A stretch of DNA of 64,000 nt from a bacterium (GTDB taxonomy: Bacteria; Bacillota_I; Bacilli_A; RF39; UBA660), in contig CAVIDW010000002.1 in assembly GCA_963641945.1 (NCBI GenBank), positions 9,784 through 73,783 on the forward strand, read 5' to 3'. Below the pieces are notes generated by a model, which had not been told where the DNA came from, did not search any database, and saw nothing but the letters and a program-made list of their open reading frames with translations. Position 1 is the stretch's first letter, and each line of letters begins with the position of its first letter. Positions 1-8,100 of the stretch are shown here, in pieces. Made by a program: the position numbers and the translations under genes.

Positions 1-1540
1 CTAAACGTTTTTGATTATCTGTTTTTCCATCATAATCTGGAATTTCTTCTCCAGTTGGATCACCATTCTCATCAGTATTTCTTCCATATAGTCCTTCTTG
101 AACATGATTACCTATAATAGAATTAATTGTTTCATTTTCAAGTATGCCTGTTAATCCTAGTATGCCTGTACCATTTAATAAGTTTACAGCAATACTATCT
201 CCATAATTTTCATAATATTCTAATACTTCACGTTCTGTTGGTATTCTTCCTTCTTTTTCACATTTTAAATAAAAATCAGTTGATTTATAAGTATCACTAT
301 TGATTGTTTCTATTTTTTCTAAAACTTTTTGAGTTGTTTGTTCAAAATAATCATTGATATTTTCATTTGATGTAAAATTTGCAAGGAAAGTATCAATTTC
401 ATCTTGAGTCATAGAATCTTTATCAAGATATTTTCCGTCTTTTACAGTTGAATTATATAATCTTAATGCCTTATCTAAATCGATTTCTCCATTTTCATCT
501 ATGATTTGATAAGCCATTTCTCTACTGAAAGCTTCGCCATAGTAGTCTTTACCGTACATTTCAATCAAACTTTCTCTTAAGCCTTCAAGTTTTGATTTGA
601 GTGTGCTTGTAAATCCGCCCTCTCCATTTTCACCATTGAAGAAATTGCTAATAGTTTTTCTGTATCCTTCATATGATGTTTCATTTTCAGATATTCTATC
701 ATATTCTGGAGACTCAAATTCATCAAATAAACTATCTAATCCACCATTTGAACCAAAAAATTTACATTCTGTTATTACATTTACATTTGATGCTAAAGAT
801 GAACCTCCTAAGCATGCTAAAGCATTTTCTAGAGCTGCAAATGATATATCTATTCCGCCGCTGCCGCCAGAATCCCCTCCACCAGAATCACCACCGTCAT
901 CATCTGATTTGCTTTTATCTTCATCTTTAGAATCATCTTCATCCATATCAGTATCAGTGGTAGTTTCATTTCCATTCATAAGAAGTTCTAAAAGTTCTTC
1001 AAGATTTTCATCATCTTTATGTTCTTCTGAAAATTCTTTTAATATTTCTTCTATTACTTCTTCATTTCCTTGTTTTTTTGTAAGTTTTTCGATTAATTCA
1101 CTAATATCTTCTTGAGCAATGCCTTCGTATTGAATATCATTATTAGTTTGTTCTTTCATTTTTGTCGAATTATTACTTTCATTTATTTCCAATGAATCAT
1201 TATATTTTTTATTTTCATATGCAGTGGTTGATGTTTGAACTGTTTTTTGATTGTTGTTTTTAGTAGTTACTGTTGAATCTGTTTTTTTTATTGATTCTGT
1301 ATTTTCTAATTTTTCTGTACTTTTATCAGATGAATTATTTTTAATACTTTTTATCACTTTTTTTGTTTCTTTTTCGTGTGATGCTACTCCTGCTGCTATT
1401 ACTCCAGCTCCCACAGCAGCAGCGCCAACGCCTGTTAAAATATCTTTTTGTTTTTTGTGTACATCAAAAACATGCCCACATCTTGGACATTTTTTGTCAT
1501 TTTTATTTATCATTAAACCGCAACTACTACATTCAATCAT
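1..1540 (-). CDS. zinc-ribbon single-pass membrane protein, >513 aa, 3' end outside window; T7SS-locus associated, function unknown
   Basis: Absent from the supplied ORF track (no stop inside the window). My reverse-complement translation from ATG (1540-1538) stays open for 513 codons to position 1. It reads MIECSSCGLMINKNDKKCPRCGHVF (CxxC-x10-CxxC), GVGAAAVGAGVIAAGVA (TM helix), a long N/K/E/D-rich linker with DDDGGDSGGGDSGGSGG, then a non-repetitive domain. The start overlaps the upstream stop (TAATG). Confidence 0.7.
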   Translation of the reverse strand, partial: MIECSSCGLMINKNDKKCPRCGHVFDVHKKQKDILTGVGAAAVGAGVIAAGVASHEKETKKVIKSIKNNSSDKSTEKLENTESIKKTDSTVTTKNNNQKTVQTSTTAYENKKYNDSLEINESNNSTKMKEQTNNDIQYEGIAQEDISELIEKLTKKQGNEEVIEEILKEFSEEHKDDENLEELLELLMNGNETTTDTDMDEDDSKDEDKSKSDDDGGDSGGGDSGGSGGIDISFAALENALACLGGSSLASNVNVITECKFFGSNGGLDSLFDEFESPEYDRISENETSYEGYRKTISNFFNGENGEGGFTSTLKSKLEGLRESLIEMYGKDYYGEAFSREMAYQIIDENGEIDLDKALRLYNSTVKDGKYLDKDSMTQDEIDTFLANFTSNENINDYFEQTTQKVLEKIETINSDTYKSTDFYLKCEKEGRIPTEREVLEYYENYGDSIAVNLLNGTGILGLTGILENETINSIIGNHVQEGLYGRNTDENGDPTGEEIPDYDGKTDNQKRL

Positions 1541-1980
1541 TATCTATTTCTCCAATATCCGCCAGTATTACCACCATATATCCCATTGCCATAAACATCA
1601 TCGGTTACAGGTGGGCGACATTCACTACATGATCCACAAGGTGTCATTGAAACTAGGCTTGCTTTGTCAGCTTCCAACCCAGATATTTCATCGCTAATAT
1701 CATTAAGTGCTAATTGAAAACTTTTTTGTTTGTTTTTAATATCTGTCATTATGTTGTTAAATTCAGTAGCGTATTTTGAACTTTCACCAAGATCATAAGG
1801 GCCATATGCACTAACTTCGGTACAATAATTTCCTATCAATTTTAAACTATTAGTTATGCAATTAAGTGATTCTAAACTATTATTACAGTCTTTTAATACT
1901 CCCTCGTACTTAGCTTTTTCTTCTTTTAAAGCTGCAAGTTGAGTATTAATTGCAGCTATTTTTTTATCATTCACACACAT
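1540..1980 (-). CDS. small helical Cys-rich protein, possible T7SS accessory factor or substrate
   Basis: Track ORF 1540..1989 starts at TTG. The ATG at 1980 has GAAGGGA 9 nt upstream. Heptad-like helices (IAAINTQLAALKEEKAKYE, ISDEISGLEADKASL) surround a YGPYDLG turn. The C-terminus has CGSCSEC and a Gly/Tyr tail. The shape recalls YwqH/DUF5082-type T7SS helper proteins, but I could not verify this. Confidence 0.6.
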   Translation of the reverse strand: MCVNDKKIAAINTQLAALKEEKAKYEGVLKDCNNSLESLNCITNSLKLIGNYCTEVSAYGPYDLGESSKYATEFNNIMTDIKNKQKSFQLALNDISDEISGLEADKASLVSMTPCGSCSECRPPVTDDVYGNGIYGGNTGGYWRNR

Positions 1981-1992
1981 GCTTATCAATCC

Positions 1993-2068
1993 CTTCTTAT
2001 TTCATAAATAGAATAACTATTAATTGTTCTACTTATGAAATAAGAAGTTATAAAATAACTTCTTATTT
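1993..2068 (-). promoter_or_regulatory. three-segment alternative-hairpin element between the WXG-like gene and the next gene
   Basis: The plus strand carries CTTCTTATTTCAT (1993-2005), ATGAAATAAGAAGTTAT (2035-2051) and ATAACTTCTTATTT (2055-2068). The middle segment is perfectly complementary to either flank (13 or 14 bp). The 3' copy on the transcript abuts the Shine-Dalgarno of the 1980 start. Confidence 0.55.
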
Positions 2069-2091
2069 GTTTAACAACCTTTTCTAAATGA

Positions 2092-2712
2092 TTAGAATGT
2101 ATAGTTTTGAATTGCGGTTGTTATACTTGCTGAAGCTGTTGCTAAAGTTTCTTTGTATACATTTGAATTACTGATGAATGTATCGAATGATTCTTGAGCA
2201 TTTTCTCTTCCAGTTCCTGCTGTCCAGTTTTCCATAATTGAGTTATAATATTTTTTAACTTCAGAAATGAAACTATCGATAGAACCGTTAGCAGCGTCAA
2301 TTTTAGCTTTTCCATTTGATGCTTCTGGAGTGATACCTACAGAATCTCTTGTATCTGTATAATCTTCCATAATAGTTTTATTTTCACAACTAATAGCACC
2401 AAAAGTTTCTAGTCCAGCACCATTAGAATTTTGGATTTCTCTATAATTTGCAGCAATCTTTGAAGATTCAGTAGCTAAAAGCGCTAAAGAATTTCTAATT
2501 CCAACCATTGCATTGTGAACTTTTACAATGTTTTCGATTTGAACTCCTGCATCTTTTCCTTCCCAACATCCTTTTAAAATTTGAATTCCGCTTGCTAAAT
2601 TAGCAATAATCGTATCAGCGCTGTAATCTCCACCACCAATAACAACATTGTTATATAATCCGTAAGCATCATCATGTAGTGCTTGTACACTATTAACCTT
2701 ATGATTCATATC
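2092..2712 (-). CDS. two-hairpin WXG100/LXG-like protein (206 aa), probable T7SS substrate
   Basis: The track ORF extends to 2757, but the promoter lies inside that extension. The ATG at 2712 follows AGGAGGT by 6 nt. The protein is all-helical with LKGCWEGKDAG in the first hairpin and ENWTAGTG in the second. It sits directly after essC. Confidence 0.65.
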   Translation of the reverse strand, partial: DMNHKVNSVQALHDDAYGLYNNVVIGGGDYSADTIIANLASGIQILKGCWEGKDAGVQIENIVKVHNAMVGIRNSLALLATESSKIAANYREIQNSNGAGLETFGAISCENKTIMEDYTDTRDSVGITPEASNGKAKIDAANGSIDSFISEVKKYYNSIMENWTAGTGRENAQESFDTFISNSNVYKETLATASASITTAIQNYTF

Positions 2713-2728
2713 ATTACCTCCTAGTATA

Positions 2729-2757
2729 ATTTTATAACATATTGAAAGTGTTTTCAA
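2729..2757 (-). promoter_or_regulatory. sigma-A type promoter of the WXG-like gene
   Basis: The minus strand reads TTGAAA (2757-2752), 17 nt spacer, TAAAAT (2734-2729). Confidence 0.6.
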
Positions 2758-2776
2758 GAAAATTTACACTTTTTTA

Positions 2777-2808
2777 TATAAAAAATCAAGTAGCTTTCTA
2801 CTTGATTT
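2777..2808 (-). terminator. rho-independent terminator after essC
   Basis: The minus strand reads AAATCAAGTAG-AAAG-CTACTTGATTT followed by a T run. The essC TAG stop lies inside the stem. Confidence 0.7.
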
Positions 2809-5800
2809 CATTTAATATTTTTATTAGTATTGGAACTCCATTTTTAATAACAATTGCATATTGATTATTAATATTTGATAGCATAGCTTGTTGTACTATT
2901 GTTTTTAATACAAATTGTTGTGATAATCCTTGTCCAATCCATATTCCATTATTAGTATCAAAATTATTCTTATACCAATCTTCATATTCATATTTCTTGA
3001 ATCCTGATGGAATATCAATTAAGATAAAGTTAACTTTTGGATATTCTTTATTATTAGCAAGTATCTCTTTAAATGCTTTTTTATGATTATCATCTAATTT
3101 ATCATAGAATTTACTAAATCCTATTACAACTACCCCTAAGTTAGAATATTTTTCAACACTCCTAAAGTTCATGTTATTATTTGTTAGAACATCTTGAATT
3201 CCTTTATTGAAGCTACTTATTATATCTACTGCTCTGTTAAAGTCACTATTACAATATTGTTTACTATAAGTATATTCTTCAAAGTAATTTTGTGCATCTA
3301 TCATGAATGTTTTAAATGCTGTATTTGAGTTTAATGTTCTAGTTATATTTTTAATAAATAAATTCATATTTCCAAATTCGTTAGAACAAATTATTGAAGC
3401 AACTCTCTTCTTAAAATCAAATAATGAAGCATTTAAAGACTCTTTAACAACTCCAATTGGAACTGTATCTAATCCAGTATATTTGTCCTTAAATTTGTCT
3501 AATTCTATTGTTTCTGGCATTACATGAATAGCAGGTGCTTTAGTATAATTTTTGCTTTCTAATTCTTTTACAAATTTATTAATGCTATCATATGAATTTT
3601 TATTTTCATCAATAAATGCTGTTTGGAATTCACAAACTCTTTCTAGTTTTGCAAGACCTCTACCTAAATTATTTGATGGTACTAAACCATTTGTTTTTCC
3701 TAGTATATCTTTATATGACATTTCATTTGTTAATTGTAAGCAAATGCTGTTTTTACAACTTTGAACTACTTTCATTTTTACACTGCTTTGTGTTTCAGTT
3801 GTTATGATGAAGTAAATTCCATATTTATTACCATCTCTAATAATTGGATAAAATTTATCTATAATATCATTATATAATTCATTTAAAATCTCAATTGAGT
3901 TAATTTCTACTACTATATTAGGTAATTTTTTAGGATTATTCTTGATGTAATTTTCATAATTACCACCAAAGCTAGTAAATAATTTTTTACGTTTATTTAA
4001 TTCAAATGATAATAGTTTAGCTAAATTATTGATTTTTTCATCATCACCATTAATTACAACATCTCCTACTTGAGGAGCATTTCTAAAGTTGTTTAATGTT
4101 TCTGCTCCAAAATCTAATATATATAAGTTTAATTCATCTGTACTATAATTTTTTAACATAGAGTATGTTAATGTTTGTAAGAATTCATCTTTTCCACTAT
4201 CATTCATTCCATATATTAGTGTATTACCATTATTTTTTAGATTGATTGTTAATAATCCTTGTTGTTGAGATGATGGATTATCATATTCACCAATTATTGG
4301 ATTAATAACATAGTCTTCTTTAACGTAATTGTATTTTTTAGATAATGATTCTACATATACTTCATTAGGTACTCTATCTAACCATAATTGATTAATTTTT
4401 AATGGAGTTTCTTCACCAATATGTATTAAGTATTTAACTATATTAGTTAATTCTTCTCCTTCTGAATGTAATAGTCTTTTTGAAATTACATTATTTATTG
4501 TTTTACTTACTGAACCAGTATTATCTATTAAATATAAGTTTTTATCAACTGATTTCTTAAATTCATTGTTAGGATAATATTGAGCTCCAGCCCACGCTGC
4601 TTGTCCTATTGCAAAGTATTCACTATAACCTACTAATAAATAAAATCTACCAACTTGTTTTATTTCAGCAGCTAAATCATTTCTGATCATTTCCATACTA
4701 TCTTGCTTATCTTGAACTTTTAAACAAACTTTGAATTTTGAGTTTGACCAAATTTGTCCATCTACTACTCCTGATGGTTTTTGTGTAGCAAGAATTAAGT
4801 GTACTCCTAAAGAACGTCCGATACGAGCTGTACTAACTAAGTCTTCCATAAAGTCTGGTTGTTGATCTTTTAATTCAGCAAACTCATCACAAACTATAAT
4901 TAAGTGAGGCATTGGTTCTTTTATTACACCATCTCTATATAGTCTTTGATATTTATAAATATCGATTGTTCCTTCACCAGTTTTTAATCTTACATCATTA
5001 AATACTTGTTGTCTACGAGTAAGTTCGCTATTAATACTAGCTAGTGCTCTATTAATTTCAGTTTTATCTAAGTTAGTAATTGTTCCAACTACGTGTGGTA
5101 ATTTTTTACCAGTTTCTGAATTTACGAATGCTCCTGCTAATTCTCCACCTTTGTAGTCGATTAATAAAAATGCAACTTCTTCCGGACTATAGTTAACTGC
5201 CATAGAAAGAACATATGAAATAATAAATTCAGATTTACCACTACCAGTCATACCAGCAATTAAACCATGTGGTCCATGTTGTTTTTCATGTAAATCTAAT
5301 ACAAATGGATCTCCTACTGTATTAACACCTATTTCTGTTTTTAATGATCTTGTAGGATTATTATCTTTCCATCTATTCAGTACATTTAATTGTTCTATAT
5401 TACCTACTCCAAATAATTCTAAGAATGTTACTGAATCAGGTAATTTTTTACTTGTTTCTTCTAAATTAATAGGAAGATTTGATAACATTTTTGTACAAGC
5501 AAACATATCATATGAATCATTTATTTCTTCTATAAATTTTGTTTGATTATTATTTTCTGTATTCAATATTGTTGAAGTTTTTTCTCCAATTATAATGAAT
5601 TTAGATACTTCACTTGGAACTTTAGAAAGTTTTTCTTCTAGTATAATCATACTAAAACCTAAATTACTATTTTTAACTTCTAATATATCACTTATAATTT
5701 CTATTTTTCTTGATGCATCTATATCATCAACGATTACTAAATAATATCCATTATTAAATTTACTAAAATTACTTATTCTTTCTTCTTCTGATCCATTTTT

Positions 5801-7375
5801 TGATAATACCTTTCTACTTTCAAATACTTGTACAAGATAATTAGATACTTCTTGCATTTCTTCTGTATTAGTAGCAAAGAATCTTATTGATTTATCATTT
5901 GAGAAACAATAAGGCATCTCTCTTAAGTATTCCCATCTATGTTTATTTACATCATTTGTGAATACTACTATTTTCAAGTCATCATAACTATGAAATGCCA
6001 TAACTTGTAATAACATATTATTTGTAAATGATATATATTTTGGATAAATACCATTAATACCAGTTAATGTATTTTGAATAAATGAGTATCCGATTGGAAC
6101 ATTATTTATTACTTTATTAAAATCTATTAGTTTGTTTAACATTAATTTAAGATTATCATTATCCATTGAGAAATCTTCACTATGATAGCTAATTTTAGTA
6201 TTAAAGTTAACATCTCCAGTACCTACTCTTACCGTTAAGAAATCATTTTGATCATTTCTTCTTGACCACAATGTTCTTCTTTTATTCATTATCATGTCGT
6301 AACAAACATCTGTTGAAATTAAATTTTCTTCTAATGTTCTTTTTTGATTTTCGTATTCTACTGCTAATTCTTTATCTTTTTTATTTATATAGTTTTGATA
6401 TAAAACTTGTCTTTCTTCTTCTTTCTTTTGTTTCTGTTTCTTTTCAAAGTTTTTAGTAACAAATGGCCAAACCAGCATAGTTAGTAACATAGATATACAA
6501 ATAACTAATGATGGAATTATACTTTTAAATGTTTTTTGCCCATCTACAACTGCCATAATTGAATTTGATAATGTCATCATTGAACTTGCTGCCATTGTTA
6601 ACATTGGGGCAAGTGTTACCCACAATGGTGTTTCTGGATCTTTTTCTTTTGCAGGTGGTGAATCTATAACCATCTCATAAGTATTAATTTCTTTTCTTAT
6701 ACGAGGTGATTTTAAGAAATAGTCTTCATCTTTATAAATATCTTCATTTTCTATTTCTTCATCTGTTAGAGTATCATCAACTACTAAATCTATTTGTTCT
6801 AAACCATTTATAGTTAAATTATTAAATGGATTATTTACAAATATATATTCACATACAACTAATATTTTAAATCCATATATATTAATTAAATCACAATAAT
6901 TACATGTAGTTGTTTTTTCAACTCTTCTATCATTTACATAGCAAACTAAATTTTCTCCTACTTCAAGAGTCCATTTTTTATCTTTATAAGTAAGTGTTAT
7001 ATGTTCATTTCCTACTATACTTATTGGTACACTTATGTTACATGCAGCTGATGAACCAAATTTTATAACTGAATTGTCTTTTACTATATAGTTTTTATAT
7101 GTATTGTCAGTTAAATAATCACAATATAATAAATACTTTTTATCATTTTTTTCTACATTATAATATTTTCTAGCTCTAAGAGAAATGTTTTCTGTGTTAC
7201 CATCTGTATCAGATATTTTTACATTTTTTCCTGGATTTATTATCCATTCATTATTAGAAACTGTAATATTAATCACATTTTTGTTATATGTATCTTTCAT
7301 CCAGAAGTTTCCAATTTTTTTAACTGGTAGAGCAAAAACTATAATTCTATCATCATCAAATAAATATACATTCAT
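2798..7375 (-). CDS. essC: type VII secretion FtsK/SpoIIIE-family ATPase EssC/YukB
   Basis: 1525 aa with an N-terminal FHA-like region and two TM helices (LWVTLAPMLTMAASSMMTL, IIPSLVICISMLLTMLVWPFV). It has three ATPase modules. Module 1 has Walker A GMTGSGKSE and Walker B IIVCDEFAE. Module 2 has a degenerate GMNDSGKDE. Module 3 has no evident P-loop. GGAGGA RBS upstream. Confidence 0.9.
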   Translation of the reverse strand: MNVYLFDDDRIIVFALPVKKIGNFWMKDTYNKNVINITVSNNEWIINPGKNVKISDTDGNTENISLRARKYYNVEKNDKKYLLYCDYLTDNTYKNYIVKDNSVIKFGSSAACNISVPISIVGNEHITLTYKDKKWTLEVGENLVCYVNDRRVEKTTTCNYCDLINIYGFKILVVCEYIFVNNPFNNLTINGLEQIDLVVDDTLTDEEIENEDIYKDEDYFLKSPRIRKEINTYEMVIDSPPAKEKDPETPLWVTLAPMLTMAASSMMTLSNSIMAVVDGQKTFKSIIPSLVICISMLLTMLVWPFVTKNFEKKQKQKKEEERQVLYQNYINKKDKELAVEYENQKRTLEENLISTDVCYDMIMNKRRTLWSRRNDQNDFLTVRVGTGDVNFNTKISYHSEDFSMDNDNLKLMLNKLIDFNKVINNVPIGYSFIQNTLTGINGIYPKYISFTNNMLLQVMAFHSYDDLKIVVFTNDVNKHRWEYLREMPYCFSNDKSIRFFATNTEEMQEVSNYLVQVFESRKVLSKNGSEEERISNFSKFNNGYYLVIVDDIDASRKIEIISDILEVKNSNLGFSMIILEEKLSKVPSEVSKFIIIGEKTSTILNTENNNQTKFIEEINDSYDMFACTKMLSNLPINLEETSKKLPDSVTFLELFGVGNIEQLNVLNRWKDNNPTRSLKTEIGVNTVGDPFVLDLHEKQHGPHGLIAGMTGSGKSEFIISYVLSMAVNYSPEEVAFLLIDYKGGELAGAFVNSETGKKLPHVVGTITNLDKTEINRALASINSELTRRQQVFNDVRLKTGEGTIDIYKYQRLYRDGVIKEPMPHLIIVCDEFAELKDQQPDFMEDLVSTARIGRSLGVHLILATQKPSGVVDGQIWSNSKFKVCLKVQDKQDSMEMIRNDLAAEIKQVGRFYLLVGYSEYFAIGQAAWAGAQYYPNNEFKKSVDKNLYLIDNTGSVSKTINNVISKRLLHSEGEELTNIVKYLIHIGEETPLKINQLWLDRVPNEVYVESLSKKYNYVKEDYVINPIIGEYDNPSSQQQGLLTINLKNNGNTLIYGMNDSGKDEFLQTLTYSMLKNYSTDELNLYILDFGAETLNNFRNAPQVGDVVINGDDEKINNLAKLLSFELNKRKKLFTSFGGNYENYIKNNPKKLPNIVVEINSIEILNELYNDIIDKFYPIIRDGNKYGIYFIITTETQSSVKMKVVQSCKNSICLQLTNEMSYKDILGKTNGLVPSNNLGRGLAKLERVCEFQTAFIDENKNSYDSINKFVKELESKNYTKAPAIHVMPETIELDKFKDKYTGLDTVPIGVVKESLNASLFDFKKRVASIICSNEFGNMNLFIKNITRTLNSNTAFKTFMIDAQNYFEEYTYSKQYCNSDFNRAVDIISSFNKGIQDVLTNNNMNFRSVEKYSNLGVVVIGFSKFYDKLDDNHKKAFKEILANNKEYPKVNFILIDIPSGFKKYEYEDWYKNNFDTNNGIWIGQGLSQQFVLKTIVQQAMLSNINNQYAIVIKNGVPILIKILNEIK

Positions 7376-7386
7376 TTTTATTCCTC

Positions 7387-7632
7387 CTAGATAAGTACTA
7401 ATTTTGTACTATTTTTAATGTTAGTTTCTCTTACTAAAGTATTATTTTTATAACATTCTCCAGTATCAGCATTCATTATTACTATGTTCTTAGTAAAGTC
7501 AATTGAATCAGTAACAATATTGCTTAATAGTTTAGTAATATTACCTATTTTTTCATTTATTGGAATAAAAATTTCACAGTTTTTGCTTAAAGATAATATG
7601 TATACATTAACTAAAATTTTATTTTCATACAT
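7387..7632 (-). CDS. yukD: YukD/EsaB-like ubiquitin-fold T7SS protein
   Basis: 81 aa, immediately 5' of essC, with its TAG stop inside the essC RBS. Size, the alternating beta-like pattern and the C-terminal TKLVLI fit the YukD/EsaB family. Confidence 0.6.
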   Translation of the reverse strand: MYENKILVNVYILSLSKNCEIFIPINEKIGNITKLLSNIVTDSIDFTKNIVIMNADTGECYKNNTLVRETNIKNSTKLVLI

Positions 7633-7746
7633 ATAAAAACACCCTCTTATCCTACTATAAAAAGTATACTATAAAACATGGTGAATTTAAAGTTTTTTAT
7701 TTAAAAAAAATTGTTTATTCAACAACTTTTTCAATAAATGATAATT

Positions 7747-7992
7747 TTATTTAAGTTTTGGACTTTTATATTCCCATTCAAGTTCTGCTAGTTCTTTTTT
7801 TTCTTCTTCTGTTAATTCTGGTATGTCTTCTCTTTTATACTCTGGCTTATAATTTACGTATCCGAAAACTTCACCTACTAATTTGCCATTTTTATCTAAT
7901 TCTCTAGCTATACACCTATAGGCATCTTCTACACTATCTACCATTTTGCCATCTTTGTCAAAATAATATACTTCACTTTTTTCTCCAATCAT
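7747..7992 (-). CDS. hypothetical small acidic protein (81 aa)
   Basis: Intact ORF with its own promoter downstream of the rpoC terminator. I recognised no motif. Confidence 0.5.
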   Translation of the reverse strand: MIGEKSEVYYFDKDGKMVDSVEDAYRCIARELDKNGKLVGEVFGYVNYKPEYKREDIPELTEEEKKELAELEWEYKSPKLK

Positions 7993-8017
7993 GTTATCTA
8001 CTTACTTATCTCTTTTG

Positions 8018-8046
8018 ATTATACCATTAGCAATTCAAAAAGTAAA
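8018..8046 (-). promoter_or_regulatory. promoter of the 81-aa gene
   Basis: The minus strand reads TTTACT (8046-8041), 17 nt spacer, TGgTATAAT (extended -10, hexamer at 8023-8018). Confidence 0.55.
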
Positions 8047-8072
8047 TTATTCTTATTTTATTATTAGATGAT

Positions 8073-8100
8073 AAAAAAAGAAAATGCATTAAGCATTTTC
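8073..8100 (-). terminator. rho-independent terminator of rpoBC
   Basis: The minus strand reads GAAAATGC-TTAAT-GCATTTTC followed by TTTTTTT. The rpoC TAA lies in the loop. Confidence 0.75.

Noticed and set aside
597-1697. Plus-strand ORFs 597-1115, 673-930, 1251-1697 and 1363-1632 (Ser/Pro/Leu-rich)
   Set aside because: They are low-complexity mirror images of the acidic/Lys-rich linker of the long minus-strand gene (1-1540). That gene has a start codon coupled to the upstream gene and recognisable zinc-ribbon and TM features.
2713-2757. N-terminal extension of the WXG-like ORF (track start 2757)
   Set aside because: The extension contains the -35 and -10 hexamers of the gene's own promoter and has no RBS. 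The ATG at 2712 has AGGAGGT upstream.
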